Shown: positions 1 through 12,243 of the stretch, piece after piece
Layout of the letters: each line of letters starts with the position of its first letter
Position numbering within the stretch: the stretch's first letter is position 1
The notes under the pieces: generated by a model
Databases searched by the model: none
Seen by the model: the letters and a program-made list of their open reading frames with translations, nothing else
What the model was told of the DNA's origin: nothing
Translations under genes and position numbers: made by a program
Assembly: GCA_030141605.1 (NCBI GenBank)
Contig: JAQGDQ010000338.1
Coordinates: forward strand, 192,346 to 256,345
Reading direction: 5' to 3'
Length of the DNA: 64,000 nt
From: Tubiluchus corallicola
Taxonomy: Eukaryota > Animalia > Priapulida

Positions 1-731
1 TTGAGATTTGTCAAAGACAAAAATTAATGCTTTTTCCTTTATTATTAAACTTTAAGCCCCAATATTGCATAATTAAGTTAACAAAATTACAATTTAAAAA
101 AACATAAGAATCAAAGAAAAAAGTTAAATCACAAAAAAATAAAATAAAACTAATTGTACGAAAAAGTTAAAAATGGCCAAAATTGCTTTTATAGAAAATT
201 TGATTCTCTGTCAAGATACGAAAATTTAATCTCTACGCCAATTTTTAATGGCCATTCAATTATGATATGAATTCGCTAGTTTTACGCTGCGTTAGTCAAA
301 GTAGTGAAAAAGGCGTGAACTCTGGCGACTAATTTCCAATTAATAACGTAATCATTAAAATGTTTTGGCAAAAAAAGCGAAAGGAAAGGTGTAACATACA
401 CATAACGATGACTCTGGCTAATAACAGTTTCAAGCGGTTCCTGGGCGGGACGGTCTCCTGCCCCGCGGCTATGTAGTCGTGCAGGCAACTTAGAGGTGAA
501 AGCCCTTTCGCTTTCTCTGGTAGTTTGACACCGACCCGCTTTCAGAACTGTGCGTAATACCGGGGAACAGACGTTGGCGCCCATCTAAGCAAACTATGCT
601 TTTGAACCAGTTTATTCAAACTGGCGTTGTTTGCTGTATTATTATAACAACTGTAAAGTTTAAAAAATCTAAAAATTGGTTATTTCAAGTGCAATGCATT
701 TTGAACATGCAGCGATTTTTTTCAAATTTAA

Positions 732-1265
732 AGGAAATTGATTACACTCAATTTCATTTTAATTTACAGTCCAAAATATACATTTTTTTGCATATAAAAG
801 TTAACAATTGTTTCTTGTATTTGAATAATTAGCTTACAAAGTTAATTAACGGCAACCGAATACAGCTATTGCTTACGTCAGAAACTAACCACAGTTTGTG
901 CGATGGCAGGCATTTTCCCTTGCGCGTCAAGCACGTTTGCATAAGTGTTGCTGCTTAAATGCGTGATATCATGAAAATGGGCTCTACCTCATATGACGTC
1001 AGAAACTAATACTGCAGTTCATGATTATGCTTATCACGGTACCGCCTTCTATTTGTCGGTGCCGCGCACGTAACAAAAAGGCGTCGCTGCCAATCTTAGT
1101 AGATTCACTGAGCCGCGCGTAGCTTTGAAAGTTTAACAAAATTTGAGTAACCGAGGTAATTATTATTTAATCTAAGTTTTGATTTAAAAAAAACTAATGT
1201 AGTTTTCAATATTTTAGAGCATTCTTTATTCTGAAATGACGTTTGCACAATCATCCGGTTTTCCT
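732..1265. mobile_element. Kolobok-like non-autonomous DNA element (family X)
   Basis: TTAA|AGGAAA ... TTTCCT|TTAA termini; internal ttaattaacggcaaccga matches the reverse complement of ~46185-46200. Confidence 0.4.
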
Positions 1266-1654
1266 TTAAAGACTAACAGTGTCTAAAGATCAAAAACTTC
1301 CAACTTCAAATTTTAAACACTAGGAGTCGCACCTCTGTTGCTTCACACTCTTTTAGTTTTTTCCAAATCCAGTTAACACAAAATTGGCATTATGTTATGC
1401 AAAATGTACAACATAAAGACATCAGAAATGATCTTAAATTACATGAAGCCTTACAATTTACAACAAGCAAGAGAAATTATCGGCTCAGATCAAAATTAAA
1501 ACTTGTGAGACCCGAACCGAATGGGCGATATGGACTAACGGTGCGCAGGGGGCGCAGGATGTGCAAAAGAAAAAAAGATAATCGCAAAAGGTTATGAATG
1601 TGAAGATGTGATGAGAAAGAGGGTGAAAAGATGAAGAATGAAAGGAATGTGATG

Positions 1655-1685
1655 ATAAGAATAAGAATAAGAATGAGAATGAGAA

Positions 1686-1734
<49 letters not shown>

Positions 1735-2500
1735 AAGAATAGGAATAGGAATAGGAATAGGACTAGGACTAGGACTAGGACTAGGACTAGGACTAGGACT
1801 AGGACTAGGACTAGGACTAGGACCAGGAATAGGAATTGGAATAGGAATAGGAATAGAATAGAATAGAATAGAATAGAATAGAATAGAATAGAATAGAATA
1901 GAATAGAATAGAATAGAATAGAATAGAATAGAATAGAATAAGCATAAGCATAAGCATAAGCATAAGCATAAGCATAAGAATAAGAACAATATCAAGAACA
2001 AAAACATGAACAAGAACAAGAACAAGAACAAGAACAAGAATAGGACTAGGACTAGGACTAGGACTAGGACTAGGACTAGGACTAGGAATAGGAATAGAAT
2101 AGAATAGAATAGAATAGAATAGAATAGAATAGAATAGAATAGAATAGAATAGAATAGAATAGAATAGAATAGAATAGAATAAGCATAAGCATAAGCATAA
2201 GCATAAGCATAAGCATAAGCATAAGCATAAGCATAAGCATAAGCATAAGCATAGGAATAGGAATAGGAATAGGAATAGGAATAGGAATAGGAAAAGGAAT
2301 AGGAATAGGAATAGGAATAGGAATAGGAATAGGAATAGGAATAGGAATAGGAATAAGAATAAGAATAAGAATAAGAATAAGAATAAGAATAAGAATAAGG
2401 ATAAGGATAAGAATAAGAATATGAATAAGAATAAGAATAAGAATAAGAATAAGAATAAGAATAAGAATAAGAATAAGAATAAGAATAAGAATAAGAATAA
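1655..2500. repeat. Compound 5/6-bp microsatellite (AAGAAT, GAGAAT, GAGAGT, AGGAAT, AGGACT, AGAAT, AAGCAT, AAGAAC)
   Basis: Successive perfect blocks read directly; explains ORFs 1477-2550, 1631-1861 and 1817-2560. Confidence 0.97.
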
Positions 2501-3417
2501 GTATAATACATTAAAATAAGCATTAGAGTAATGTACAACAGAGGAGGCAACCTGGAACACCTAATACGTCACAAATTAATTTACCTCTTTTTTATCTTTC
2601 TTCTTCTTCTTCTTTTTCTACACTTACATTAATGAGCCATAACATCCAACGCGATAATGTACAACAGAGGTGAGATTTTACACAGTTTTTGACTCACGTC
2701 CACGTGACTCACATTTTAACCGGTCATCGCGGGAATTTACACAGCGTTACTACCGGTCATGCAAGTGGAGGGCTTTCTTGTGTTTTAAATTTACGAACAT
2801 ACGACATACGTGCTTTAGCGAGTAAGTACTGCAATGTTTGTTTATGCAAGGGTTTTTCTAGCCGTACAATAATATCAACAGTTTCTTAAGTAAATCAATA
2901 GCATTTTATCTTCCCCATGCGATTTTAGTTTAACTGTGCGTGCGTGCGTGCGTGCGTGCGTACGTGCATGCGTGTGTCCCTCTCTTACAGGCACAGTATT
3001 ACCGTGGAATAATTGTGATACCTTCTTAAAAACTTCGTTATAACCTCTGATGATAGTCATCACGAAGTGTGATCACATTGCCATATTAGTTATTATTACG
3101 AAAGTTTGACAAGGAGGGGCATATCAAGACTTTACGACAACCTAGGCTGATAGTTCTGTCCCGCCTAACTCTATTGTAAATTTATGGTTATTTATGTAAT
3201 GAGCAGGTTAAACAATTACTTGTGGTGCATTAGAAACCGTATTAATCTAGTTTCCAAGTGGGTATTATTAATTACATGTATCTGCATAGCGCCTATTTTC
3301 AAGCAGGTTGCGCAACTGCTTGTTGTGTAATACCCTTCACCTGTTCGTTATGTGGCACTTACTATATAAAAGCTGTGTTTAGTAACTGCCTTTTAACGAG
3401 ATTTACTCTTTTTGGCG

Positions 3418-3540
3418 CGAGTACGACACATGTGTAATTGCTGGTTTAATGCGTTTTTCTGAAACCTACTTCATGTAACCCCTTTCTTGTCCTTTAAATG
3501 ACGCAAAACAGTTTAAGATTTTGAGCGTGATTAGCGTCAA
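3418..3540 (-). repeat. Inverted partial copy of dispersed element family Y
   Basis: Reverse complement matches 4749-4880 (ttgacgctaatcacgctcaaaatctt...ttaaaggacaagaaa.gggg...tgaagtaggtttcagaaaaa). Confidence 0.75.
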
Positions 3541-3869
3541 TTTTTATGTATTACCGATTTAATCCGGATACTGATAATATATATATATATATAATACTGA
3601 TAATTTAATACTTCATCAGTGTGTAAACCGTTGAGTTTACTAGCTGTGGTTATTGGCGTTCATAATCATAATCTATCAACTGGTGGAAGAGATACAATTA
3701 TCTAGTCCTTAGATTACGTGATATGGACGAAGTTTATCATTAGATCACATTAATGTGATTTGCAAATTTGTGAATAGTTGTAAAATTAGATTCAACTTGG
3801 TATTTTATCAACTAGAACGTTATTCCTATTATAAAAGACCAAATCTATTGTGTTTTCCTATTATTATTT

Positions 3870-4685
3870 TTTATTATTAATTTTGTCATTAAAATAGTTC
3901 ACTCGTTATAATAAAATTGAGTAAGCCTCAGCGTAATGTTACAACACTGTTCAAGACAAATGCGTCCAGTGCTTACTAAAAAAAAACTAAAGTGCAAAAC
4001 TAAGGTCTAATTATATACAATAAATGAACATATTTACAAACACCATATTAAAATATTTTTACAAAACAATATTACAAAAGTACATTAAATTTGACATGAC
4101 ACAATTAACAGAAACATGCTTTACATTACACAAATTTCACTCATTACATTTACACTATTCATACATTTGACATTACAAAACTAACATACACGTATTACAT
4201 TAAATAATTTTTTTTAAAAATTTTACATTTTTAATCGTTTTATGGAGTCAGGGGCGGGGGTAGGTGAAAGTTGAGTCTGTGTAATTAGTATCAGATGCAC
4301 AATGTGGAAGTTGAAACCTGTTATGTTGATATTCTTTTAATTTTTTTTAAAGTGGTGGAGAGATTCTATTTGTTTTATTGCACTGGGTAGTAAGTTCCAT
4401 AAATGTATGGCTTGTTTTGATATAGAGTTATTTCCAAATTTATTGTTTACTGTAATTTGCTTTAAATTGTGTGTTCTATTGTTTAAAGTGGTATCAGGAA
4501 TGAATGCTAAGGGATTGTTTATAAATGGAATGCTCAGTTTATTTATATATTTATAAAGAAATATCAGTGTTTTGTAATCTCGATAGGCTTCTAATATTGG
4601 TATTTTTGTGGACGTTCTTAAGCTTGTTGCAGAAGCAGCATGTTGTTCAGCAGTTTTGCTAGAGTAACCAAGAACAAAACGAGAT
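3870..4685 (-). mobile_element. 5'-truncated L2/Crack-like LINE remnant (ORF2 C-terminus + 3'UTR)
   Basis: Minus-strand translation ...KTLIFLYKYINKLSIPF...NSISKQAIHLWNLLPSAIKQIESLHHFKKKLKEY; close second copy at 48270-48878. Confidence 0.75.
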
Positions 4686-4748
4686 TAGAAAATTAAATCA
4701 TCCAATAATTAACACTTCTAGAGCTTGTCCAAAAGTTACAAAGTAGTT

Positions 4749-5160
4749 TTGACGCTAATCACGCTCAAAATCTTATGCGTCATTTAAAGGACAAGAAAAG
4801 GGGCACCTGAAGTAGGTTTCAGAAAAATCGCCTTAAAATTATATTACTTTACAGCATTTTTATGCGTATATCGTACTCGTGTTGAGAGAATTTTTGTTTG
4901 TTTTCATTTTAATTCTCCCGCAATACTGTTCCAACCACGCCATTACATGACGTCACTACTACGCCTCGTAAATCAGGGGAAGAAAAGGAAATGTTAAACT
5001 ATGCCCCAAAAAACGTTCCCTGCAAATCTGTATTACTTAGCATCTCGCTTATCTGCTGGAAAGAGTTGTGTAAGTAGAAATAATTTAAAATGTTTGTGCC
5101 AATCGGTAAAATATCGCTGATTCACCCTCCAGGGTGCGCCACTCACTAGCCTAAAACGTG
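4749..5160 (+). mobile_element. Dispersed non-autonomous element family Y (TTAA|AGGACAAG end, Kolobok-like)
   Basis: Colinear with 39821-40210 over ~370 bp. Confidence 0.65.
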
Positions 5161-5189
5161 ATACTCTCAAACACGAGTGTTCCCTTCTT

Positions 5190-5681
5190 TGTTAAACGAA
5201 TCATAGAAGGCGCATGCCGAAATTTTCTTGACAAGCAAGACCTAAGAGCTCGTGGGGAATTTCTGCTTGGCTTCTCGCGAGAGAAAACGTTATTTTTGTT
5301 GTTTGGAGAGTGTAGTGGAGATCGCTGGCGTCTATAAGAATTACATGGAATATTGTAGAATGTTCCGTTGGAATGATCGTCTTACCGTGTGGAATGTTCT
5401 GGAACAAAACTTCTGGAAGCTTCTTGGGCGCGCTACATAAGGCGAAGCAGGCCGCTGAGACGAGAACACACGGATTCACACGGACACCACTTACACATTC
5501 ACTTGTATACTTGTATGTTCAGATACACTTAAACGTTTTCCAGATTTTCAGATTTACTGTAATCATTTCGCATTCCTTCATACTTTTGTGTTGTAGAATT
5601 CTCGCTTAATAAACTAGTTTAATTTGATGACGTGTTTTCTGGTTTTCTCTACGAGCCTTCCGAGAGAAACAAAACACAACA
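5190..5681 (+). mobile_element. Possible solo LTR
   Basis: TGTT...AACA termini, internal AATAAA (~5608), higher GC than flanks; no clean TSD. Confidence 0.3.
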
Positions 5682-6399
5682 GAGAGATTAGTTTTGACGT
5701 GGAAAGTTATAATAGCAAAGGTTAACATCCAGTGTGTAGTCATTGGTTACATCTGAATTGTCATCTTCTGTTTCTTTTGTATGCTGTTTTGATTCTACAA
5801 TTGTTCTCGATATCGCAACTAGTTTTACAAAAAATTGACGTTAAAATGAACTTTTGTCAGCAAGTAGCTTTGCGCTTTATACTGTCATGGAGTGAATCTA
5901 AATGGGAGTCAGAACACAACACAAAACGCAATGCACTAGTACACCACAAACTCTTTCTGCAAAGAACGCCATATTCAAAAAGGATCAAATTTACGAAGCC
6001 AATTGCACGACAATGGCACCGCCAAATTGATATTTCGAGTGTCTTTAACGGTGACGTAACAATGCCATTAGTCCATTACGTGTAAAAACGTCTCAAAACA
6101 CGTGACTAAATGATTGTGTTCAATTGGTTTGATCTAGTATTCTAGTTTTATGTGTGTACTTGCAAACTAAAGCCACCCATAAGTCAGCATAGTTAAAACT
6201 ATGTTATTATGCTTCAAATAAAAATGCACTAAAAATTTAATCAAATGTCAAAAGCAAATGCTAAATATATTTCACTCTGATATTCTAGCAACAAATTGTC
6301 AAGAAAAGGTTAAAAAAATACTAAAAATTCAATTTTATAACTCCTTACCCACTTTTCTGGCTAGAAACTAGTACTGCAATTGTAAAAAAACTCGTATTT

Positions 6400-6672
6400 T
6401 TCAAACTCGGATAGTAGCTAATGGAAGCAGTCGTTTTGCTTCGGGTTTTTTCTGTTACCAAGCCCAGATATTCGTCAGGAAGAGCCATCTACTGGATTTA
6501 AAAATAACATCAATGTGTTCTTGCAAAGTCTGTAGTAACCAACATTTGTGTTGTTGCTAAGTGTTTTGTAGAACCAAGAAAAAAACAATGGCTAACTGTA
6601 ACAGGAATTTTCTCAAGATTATCTTTTTCAGTGTGCAGCCTACACCTCAACTTCAACGTGGATTATCTCAGC
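6400..6672 (+). repeat. Dispersed ~270-bp repeat, copy 1
   Basis: Diverged direct match to 17275-17512 (cccagat.ttcgtca.ga.gagccatct ... cacctcaacttcaac.tggattatctca). Confidence 0.8.
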
Positions 6673-7185
6673 TTAGAAATAACATAGAGCAACGAGCTTG
6701 GTATCAAAGTGATCCTCATGAAATGGAGATCTAGGATAAGTGAATAACTAGAAAAACTTAATTGCAGACTTATGGATGATTTTGATGTGCAAGCACACGT
6801 TAATAGATTCATTTTTTGTGATTTCACTTTTACTAACCCTTGGACCATAATAGAAATAGCGTGTACGTATCACGTGTTTCATGTATCCAAGGAAAAAATG
6901 AATTTCTGTTTTATTCTGTTCTATATTGTAAATCGTTGCACTGTGACCGCATGTCGAGTAGTAGTAGCGTTAGTGTTTGTGAGATTCGATAGAAATGAAA
7001 AGTATTGAACAACAAACACGACCGGAAAGTTCGAAATCAAGAAAAAGCTGTCTTAGGTTGTCTTGGTTGATAATAATGGGAAGGTTTTTTTAAGACCTCC
7101 AATATTCACAAGTACTTTACATACTCAAAAAAGAAACACATTCACAGGTTGCTTTTATATGTACAGTTATTTCACTTATTGTGCT

Positions 7186-10100
7186 TTAATTTTCCTTGGT
7201 TAGGTTCTGATCTGGTTGTGACACGCCTTCTCCTTTCGATTCGAGTTTAGTTTCTACAACTTCTGCTAACACGAGCTCTTCATCTTCTGCTGCAGGTGAA
7301 ACCTGCTTGTCTTCAACGTCATTTTCTAAAACTGCTTCTGTTTGTGACACGCCTTCTCCTTTCGATTCGAGTTTAGTTTCTTCAACTTCTGCTAACACGG
7401 GCTCTTCATCTTCTGCTGCAGGTGAAACCTGTTTGTCTTCAACGTCATTTTCTAAAACTGCTTCTGTTTGTGACACGCCTTCTCCTTTCGATTCGAGTTT
7501 GGTTTCTTCAACTTCTGCTAACACGGGCTCTTCATCTTCTGCTGCAGGTGAAACCTGCTTGTCTTCAACGTCATTTGCTAAAACTGCTTCTGTTTGTGAC
7601 ACGCCTTCTCCTCTCGATTCGAGTTTAGTTTCTACAACTTCTGCTAACACGGGCTCTTCATCTTCTGCTGCAAGTGAAACTTGCTTGTCTTCAACGTCAT
7701 TTTCTAAGACTGCTTCTGTTTGTGACACGCCTTCTCCTTTCGATTCGAGTTTAGTTTCTTCAACTTCTGCTAACACGAGCTCTTCATCTTCTGCTGCAGG
7801 TGAAACCTGCTTGTCTTCAACGTCATTTGCTAAAACTGCTTCTGTTTGTGACACGCCTTCTCCTTTCGATTCGAGTTTAGTTTCTTCAACTTCTGCTAAC
7901 ACGGGCTCTTCATCTTCTGCTGCAGGTGAAACCTGCTTGTCTTCAACGTCATTTTCTAAGACTGCTTCTGTTTGTGACACGCCTTCTCCTTTCGATTCGA
8001 GTTTAGTTTGTTCAACTTCTGCTAACACGGGCTCTTCATCTTCTGCTGCAGGTGAAAGCTGCTGGTCTTCAACGTCATTTGCTAAAACTGCTTCTGGTTT
8101 TTCTTCCGTATTTTGTAACTCTTCATCCATCACTGTGTCAGATTTAACGCTGTCAGCTTCAAGGTTCTCTTTGCTACGAGGTGTTTCTTTTTCTCGATAA
8201 ACGTCTTGACTATTTATTTTTTTATCTGCCGGCATATCCGTCTCTTTAGTGTATCCACTGTCAATGTCTTCAGCAATGTTTGATTCATCTGCTTCTTTCT
8301 TTGCATCACTATCAAGCTGCGTATCTAGTAATTTTTCGGTATTTGCCTCCACTTCGGTTTTGGTAGATTCTTCTGATTGTTCACTGCTTTGCTGCTCACG
8401 ATATTCTGCTTTCAATGTTGATTCATGCCTCGCTGTCTCTTGTTCAGTGTCACTAAGTCGATCATCTAGAACTGCATTTCCTGCTTCTGCATCATTTGTA
8501 TTATCCGATAATCCAGTTTTAGAGTCAGCATTATTGTCTACTGTGTTCATATCATCTTTATCTTGTATCACTGTAGTATTCAAATTTTCTGCCTCATTCG
8601 CAAGTGAATCCATGCCTTCTCCAGTTTTTGTTTCACCTCCCCTATCGTCTTTTGCATATTCACCTTCTGACATTTCCTCCTGTGGTGTTTCATTCATATC
8701 AAATCTAGCATCAGTGGATTCAATTTTTGCTTCTTCTTTGTAAAACATTTGTCCAATTTGTTGACTTTGTGCAGCAGATCTTTCAATTTCACTTTCTACA
8801 GGCGTTGCTTCCACATAATCTGCAGTTTCAGCTTTAACTTCTGTCGCAAATATGTCTTCTTTAACCTTATTTTCATCTTCCTCAAAATTTTCAACGAACA
8901 TATCTGGTACTTCTAAGACCTCTTCACCTTTTGGTTCACGTACTTCATTGCTTCCATTTTCTTTGGTTTCTATGTAAACATCGTCTTGTGCTGCATCTTC
9001 TGCTTCCGCTGTTGAAAGTTCTTCTTTGTTTTCTGCAAGTATAGCTGTCGTATCAACGTTTTCTTCATTCTCCATTTCTATTGCAGTATTTTCTACATCA
9101 TCAGCTTTTTCTTCTTCTTCAAGGTGAAGTCTTTCAGGAGCATCTTCTTCTTTTGTTGTAACTTCTGTCTCAAGTGCAGCATGTTCTGCACTTTCAGTTT
9201 TTGAGCGCACAGCTTCATCAGCTTCTACTTTGTCATCTGTAAGTTGAACTGTTTCTTTTTCAATTTCAAGAACATCCTCTTCTTTTCTTGTCATATCCAC
9301 TTCAGTTGCTGTGTGCTCTGCACTCTCAGTTTTTTGACGAACTCTTCTGCTTTCATCAGTTTCTTCTTCAACAGGGTATGCTTCCTGATCATCTATTGCA
9401 ATAGTGGCTTCCTCTCTTGTTCCCACCTCCATTTCAAGTGTTCTATGTTCTCCACTTTCAGTTACATCGTTTTTATCAGGAACATCCTCTTCATTAGTTG
9501 TTATTTCTCTCTCGGTTGTTGTATCCTCTACACTTTCAGCTTTTGGAGAGGTAGTTTTATCTTCTCCAGTTTCGCCTTCTATTGGTTCAGCTACCACATC
9601 ATCATTTTCAGGGATGGTTTCTTTTCCTGTTGTTACCTCTGCCTCAAGTGCATTTGCCTCATATTCAGTTTTGTGCACAGCTTGATCCTTGTCAGTTTTG
9701 TCGTCTGGACGTTGGCCTGTTATGTCTATACTCTCAGAAATGCCTTCGTCTTCTTTTGTTTTTACCATCATCTCATTTGTAATATCTTGATCACTTTTAG
9801 ATTTTGAATAAACTGCTTTGCCTTCATCAGTTTTGGTTTCTGTTGGTTGAACTGTCACATTATCTCTTTCAAAGGCATCTTTCTCTCTTGTTGCAAACTC
9901 TACCTCATGTGTCCCATGTTCCACACTTTCAGTTTTTGAATGATCAGTTTCACTCTCGCTAATTTTATTCTCTGTAAGTTCACTCTTATCCTCAGTTACA
10001 TCCTCTTCTTTTGTGAACTCTGTTTTGGTTGTAGCATCTTTGGCGCTTAAAGTAATAAGTTTGCCTTTGTCAATTTCGTCTTCTAAAAGTTGAATTGTAG

Positions 10101-10293
10101 CAACATCATCTTTGGGGATTTCTTTTTCTTTTGCCATTACCATCTCATATCCTGCCTCTTCTGCACGTATCTCCATCTCAGTTGATATACTTAAAGTTCT
10201 TGAATGAGTAATTTCACCCTCACTAATTTGAGTAGTTACATCTTCTGAAATTTGAGTAATTGCATCTTCAGCTTCAGTTGCAACATTCTCCAT
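7186..10293 (-). CDS. Large Glu/Asp/Thr-rich low-complexity protein or terminal exon (>=1035 aa); frame is open upstream to 11082
   Basis: 3.1-kb stop-free frame in AT-rich DNA, mostly not a DNA-level repeat; coherent acidic composition; all internal repeats keep frame; ATG context GAGATGG. No recognisable domain or signal peptide. Confidence 0.8.
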   Translation of the reverse strand: MENVATEAEDAITQISEDVTTQISEGEITHSRTLSISTEMEIRAEEAGYEMVMAKEKEIPKDDVATIQLLEDEIDKGKLITLSAKDATTKTEFTKEEDVTEDKSELTENKISESETDHSKTESVEHGTHEVEFATREKDAFERDNVTVQPTETKTDEGKAVYSKSKSDQDITNEMMVKTKEDEGISESIDITGQRPDDKTDKDQAVHKTEYEANALEAEVTTGKETIPENDDVVAEPIEGETGEDKTTSPKAESVEDTTTEREITTNEEDVPDKNDVTESGEHRTLEMEVGTREEATIAIDDQEAYPVEEETDESRRVRQKTESAEHTATEVDMTRKEEDVLEIEKETVQLTDDKVEADEAVRSKTESAEHAALETEVTTKEEDAPERLHLEEEEKADDVENTAIEMENEENVDTTAILAENKEELSTAEAEDAAQDDVYIETKENGSNEVREPKGEEVLEVPDMFVENFEEDENKVKEDIFATEVKAETADYVEATPVESEIERSAAQSQQIGQMFYKEEAKIESTDARFDMNETPQEEMSEGEYAKDDRGGETKTGEGMDSLANEAENLNTTVIQDKDDMNTVDNNADSKTGLSDNTNDAEAGNAVLDDRLSDTEQETARHESTLKAEYREQQSSEQSEESTKTEVEANTEKLLDTQLDSDAKKEADESNIAEDIDSGYTKETDMPADKKINSQDVYREKETPRSKENLEADSVKSDTVMDEELQNTEEKPEAVLANDVEDQQLSPAAEDEEPVLAEVEQTKLESKGEGVSQTEAVLENDVEDKQVSPAAEDEEPVLAEVEETKLESKGEGVSQTEAVLANDVEDKQVSPAAEDEELVLAEVEETKLESKGEGVSQTEAVLENDVEDKQVSLAAEDEEPVLAEVVETKLESRGEGVSQTEAVLANDVEDKQVSPAAEDEEPVLAEVEETKLESKGEGVSQTEAVLENDVEDKQVSPAAEDEEPVLAEVEETKLESKGEGVSQTEAVLENDVEDKQVSPAAEDEELVLAEVVETKLESKGEGVSQPDQNLTKEN
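7214..8096 (-). repeat. Coding minisatellite, 7 x 126 bp (42 aa EAVLENDVEDKQVSPAAEDEEPVLAEVEETKLESKGEGVSQT)
   Basis: Seven near-identical units in DNA and translation. Confidence 0.95.
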
Positions 10294-10410
10294 CTCAGTT
10301 GATATACTTAAAGTTCTTGAATGAGTAATTTCACCCTCACTAATTTGAGTAGTTACATCTTCTGAAATTTGAGTAATTGCATCTTCAGTTGCAACATTCT
10401 CTTCTGCATC

Positions 10411-11130
10411 TTCTTCTTCTTCTTCTTCTTCTTCTTCTTCTTCTTCTTCTTCTTCTTCTTCTTCTTCTTCTTCTTCTTCTTCTTCTTCTTCTTCTTCTTC
10501 TTCTTCTTCTTCTTCTTCTTCTTCTTCTTCTTCTTCTTCTTCTTCTTCTTCTTCTTCTTCTTCTTCTTCTTCTTCTTCTTCTTCTTCTTCTTCTTCTTCT
10601 TCTTCTTCTTCTTGTTCTTCTTCTTCTTCTTCTTCTTCTTCTTCTTCTTGTTCTTGTTCTTGTTCTTGTTCTTGTTCTTGTTCTTGTTCTTGTTCTTGTT
10701 CTTGTTCTTGTTCTTGTTCTTGTTCTTGTTCTTGTTCTTGTTCTTGTTCTTGTTCTTGTTCTTGTTCTTGTTCTTGTTCTTGTTCTTGTTCTTGTTCTTG
10801 TTCTTGTTCTTGTTCTTGTTCTTGTTCTTGTTCTTGTTCTTGTTCTTGTTCTTGTTCTTGTTCTTGTTCTTGTTCTTGTTCTTGTTCTTGTTCTTGTTCT
10901 TGTTCTTGTTCTTGTTCTTGTTCTTGTTCTTGTTCTTGTTCTTGTTCTTGTTCTTGTTCTTGTTCTTGTTCTTGTTCTTGTTCTTGTTCTTGTTCTTGTT
11001 CTTGTTCTTGTTCTTGTTCTTCTTCTTCTTCTTCTTCTTCTTCTTCTTCTTCTTCTTCTTCTTCTTCTTCTTCTTCTTCTTCTCATTCTCATTCTCATTC
11101 TCATTCTCATTCTCATTCTCATTCTTATTC
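10411..11130. repeat. Compound microsatellite (TTC)n-(TTCTTG)n-(TTC)n-(TTCTCA)n-(TTCTTA)n
   Basis: Read directly; on the minus strand in frame with the acidic ORF as Glu/Gln codons up to TGA at 11083-11085. Confidence 0.97.
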
Positions 11131-12243
11131 TTATTCTTATTTCCTACGTTTCCATTTGCGTTACTTTTACCCCATGCCATTTTTACCTGTACTATTTTGA
11201 CTGTGCCGTTTTTACCTGTGCCATTTTAACCTACATTCAGTTAAACAGACTAGCGAAAAATAAACTTTAAGAAAATCTCGGATTTCAAAACAATTTAAAA
11301 CAATAACGTTCGTTACCTGTTTATTTTCGACAGTTAAGTTTCCAAAATCCAAAAACACTTCGTCAACATTCAACAACTTGTCAACTTTCAAGCTGTCAAC
11401 ATTCAGTAACAAGACTGCTTTCCACCTGTCAACAATTTCTGAGTTCTGACACAGCTCTATGCAGCACTAACACTACCGCTACGATTAAACCAGGAACTTA
11501 TCTACAGTTGTTATTGCAGTGAAGTTTACTTTAGCACTTTGTTATCAATTTACTGAGATACGATCATTTTAAATTCAAATGTACATTAAAGAAAATAAAG
11601 GCTAGTATCTCTGTGAATTTCTGATGCTTTCTGTTAAACTGCCTTTTGGTTTACTCACACAAACTGGCCGTATTTGAAATACTAACTGTTATAGCCACTT
11701 GGTCGACAAATTAACAAGATTATTGATTATTGATTGCCCTTGGTCACTTTTATAAAGGTGTGTTCAGATGCCCTCTTTCACGATTTTTTTACACCAAAAA
11801 GAAATGAGTCATTATTCTAACCATCAAAACAAGAGCAAAAAGAATTCTTTGTACCCTAGGTAGATATTTTCCCATTGCTTTTGCTTGCATAATAGCTAAG
11901 TTGCAACCCATCTATTTCTTAGATACCTATCCCATCCACCCCGTTATTTTTGAAAATGGTTTCGTCCATGTTTGGTAAATTTATGCATTGGACAAGGCGA
12001 GTACCAAAGTTCATGTAGACTCACTGTTATACCTACCAATGTTGATGATTACAACAGTGCATATACTACTGAGGGAGCTAACAGAGCTTTATATTTATGA
12101 CTTGCGTAGAAGAGGTTTGAGTACCCGAATTTTGTGATAATTTTGTTGACGATAACATGAGCGTAGGGAATCAGGTTTCACAAGGAGGGCAGAAGGAATT
12201 TGCCCTAAAAATTTTCTAACTTGGTCTAGCCTATATCATTTCC

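Noticed and set aside
7307-9807. Plus-strand Ser/Phe-rich ORFs
   Set aside because: Antisense shadows of the GAA-rich minus-strand ORF
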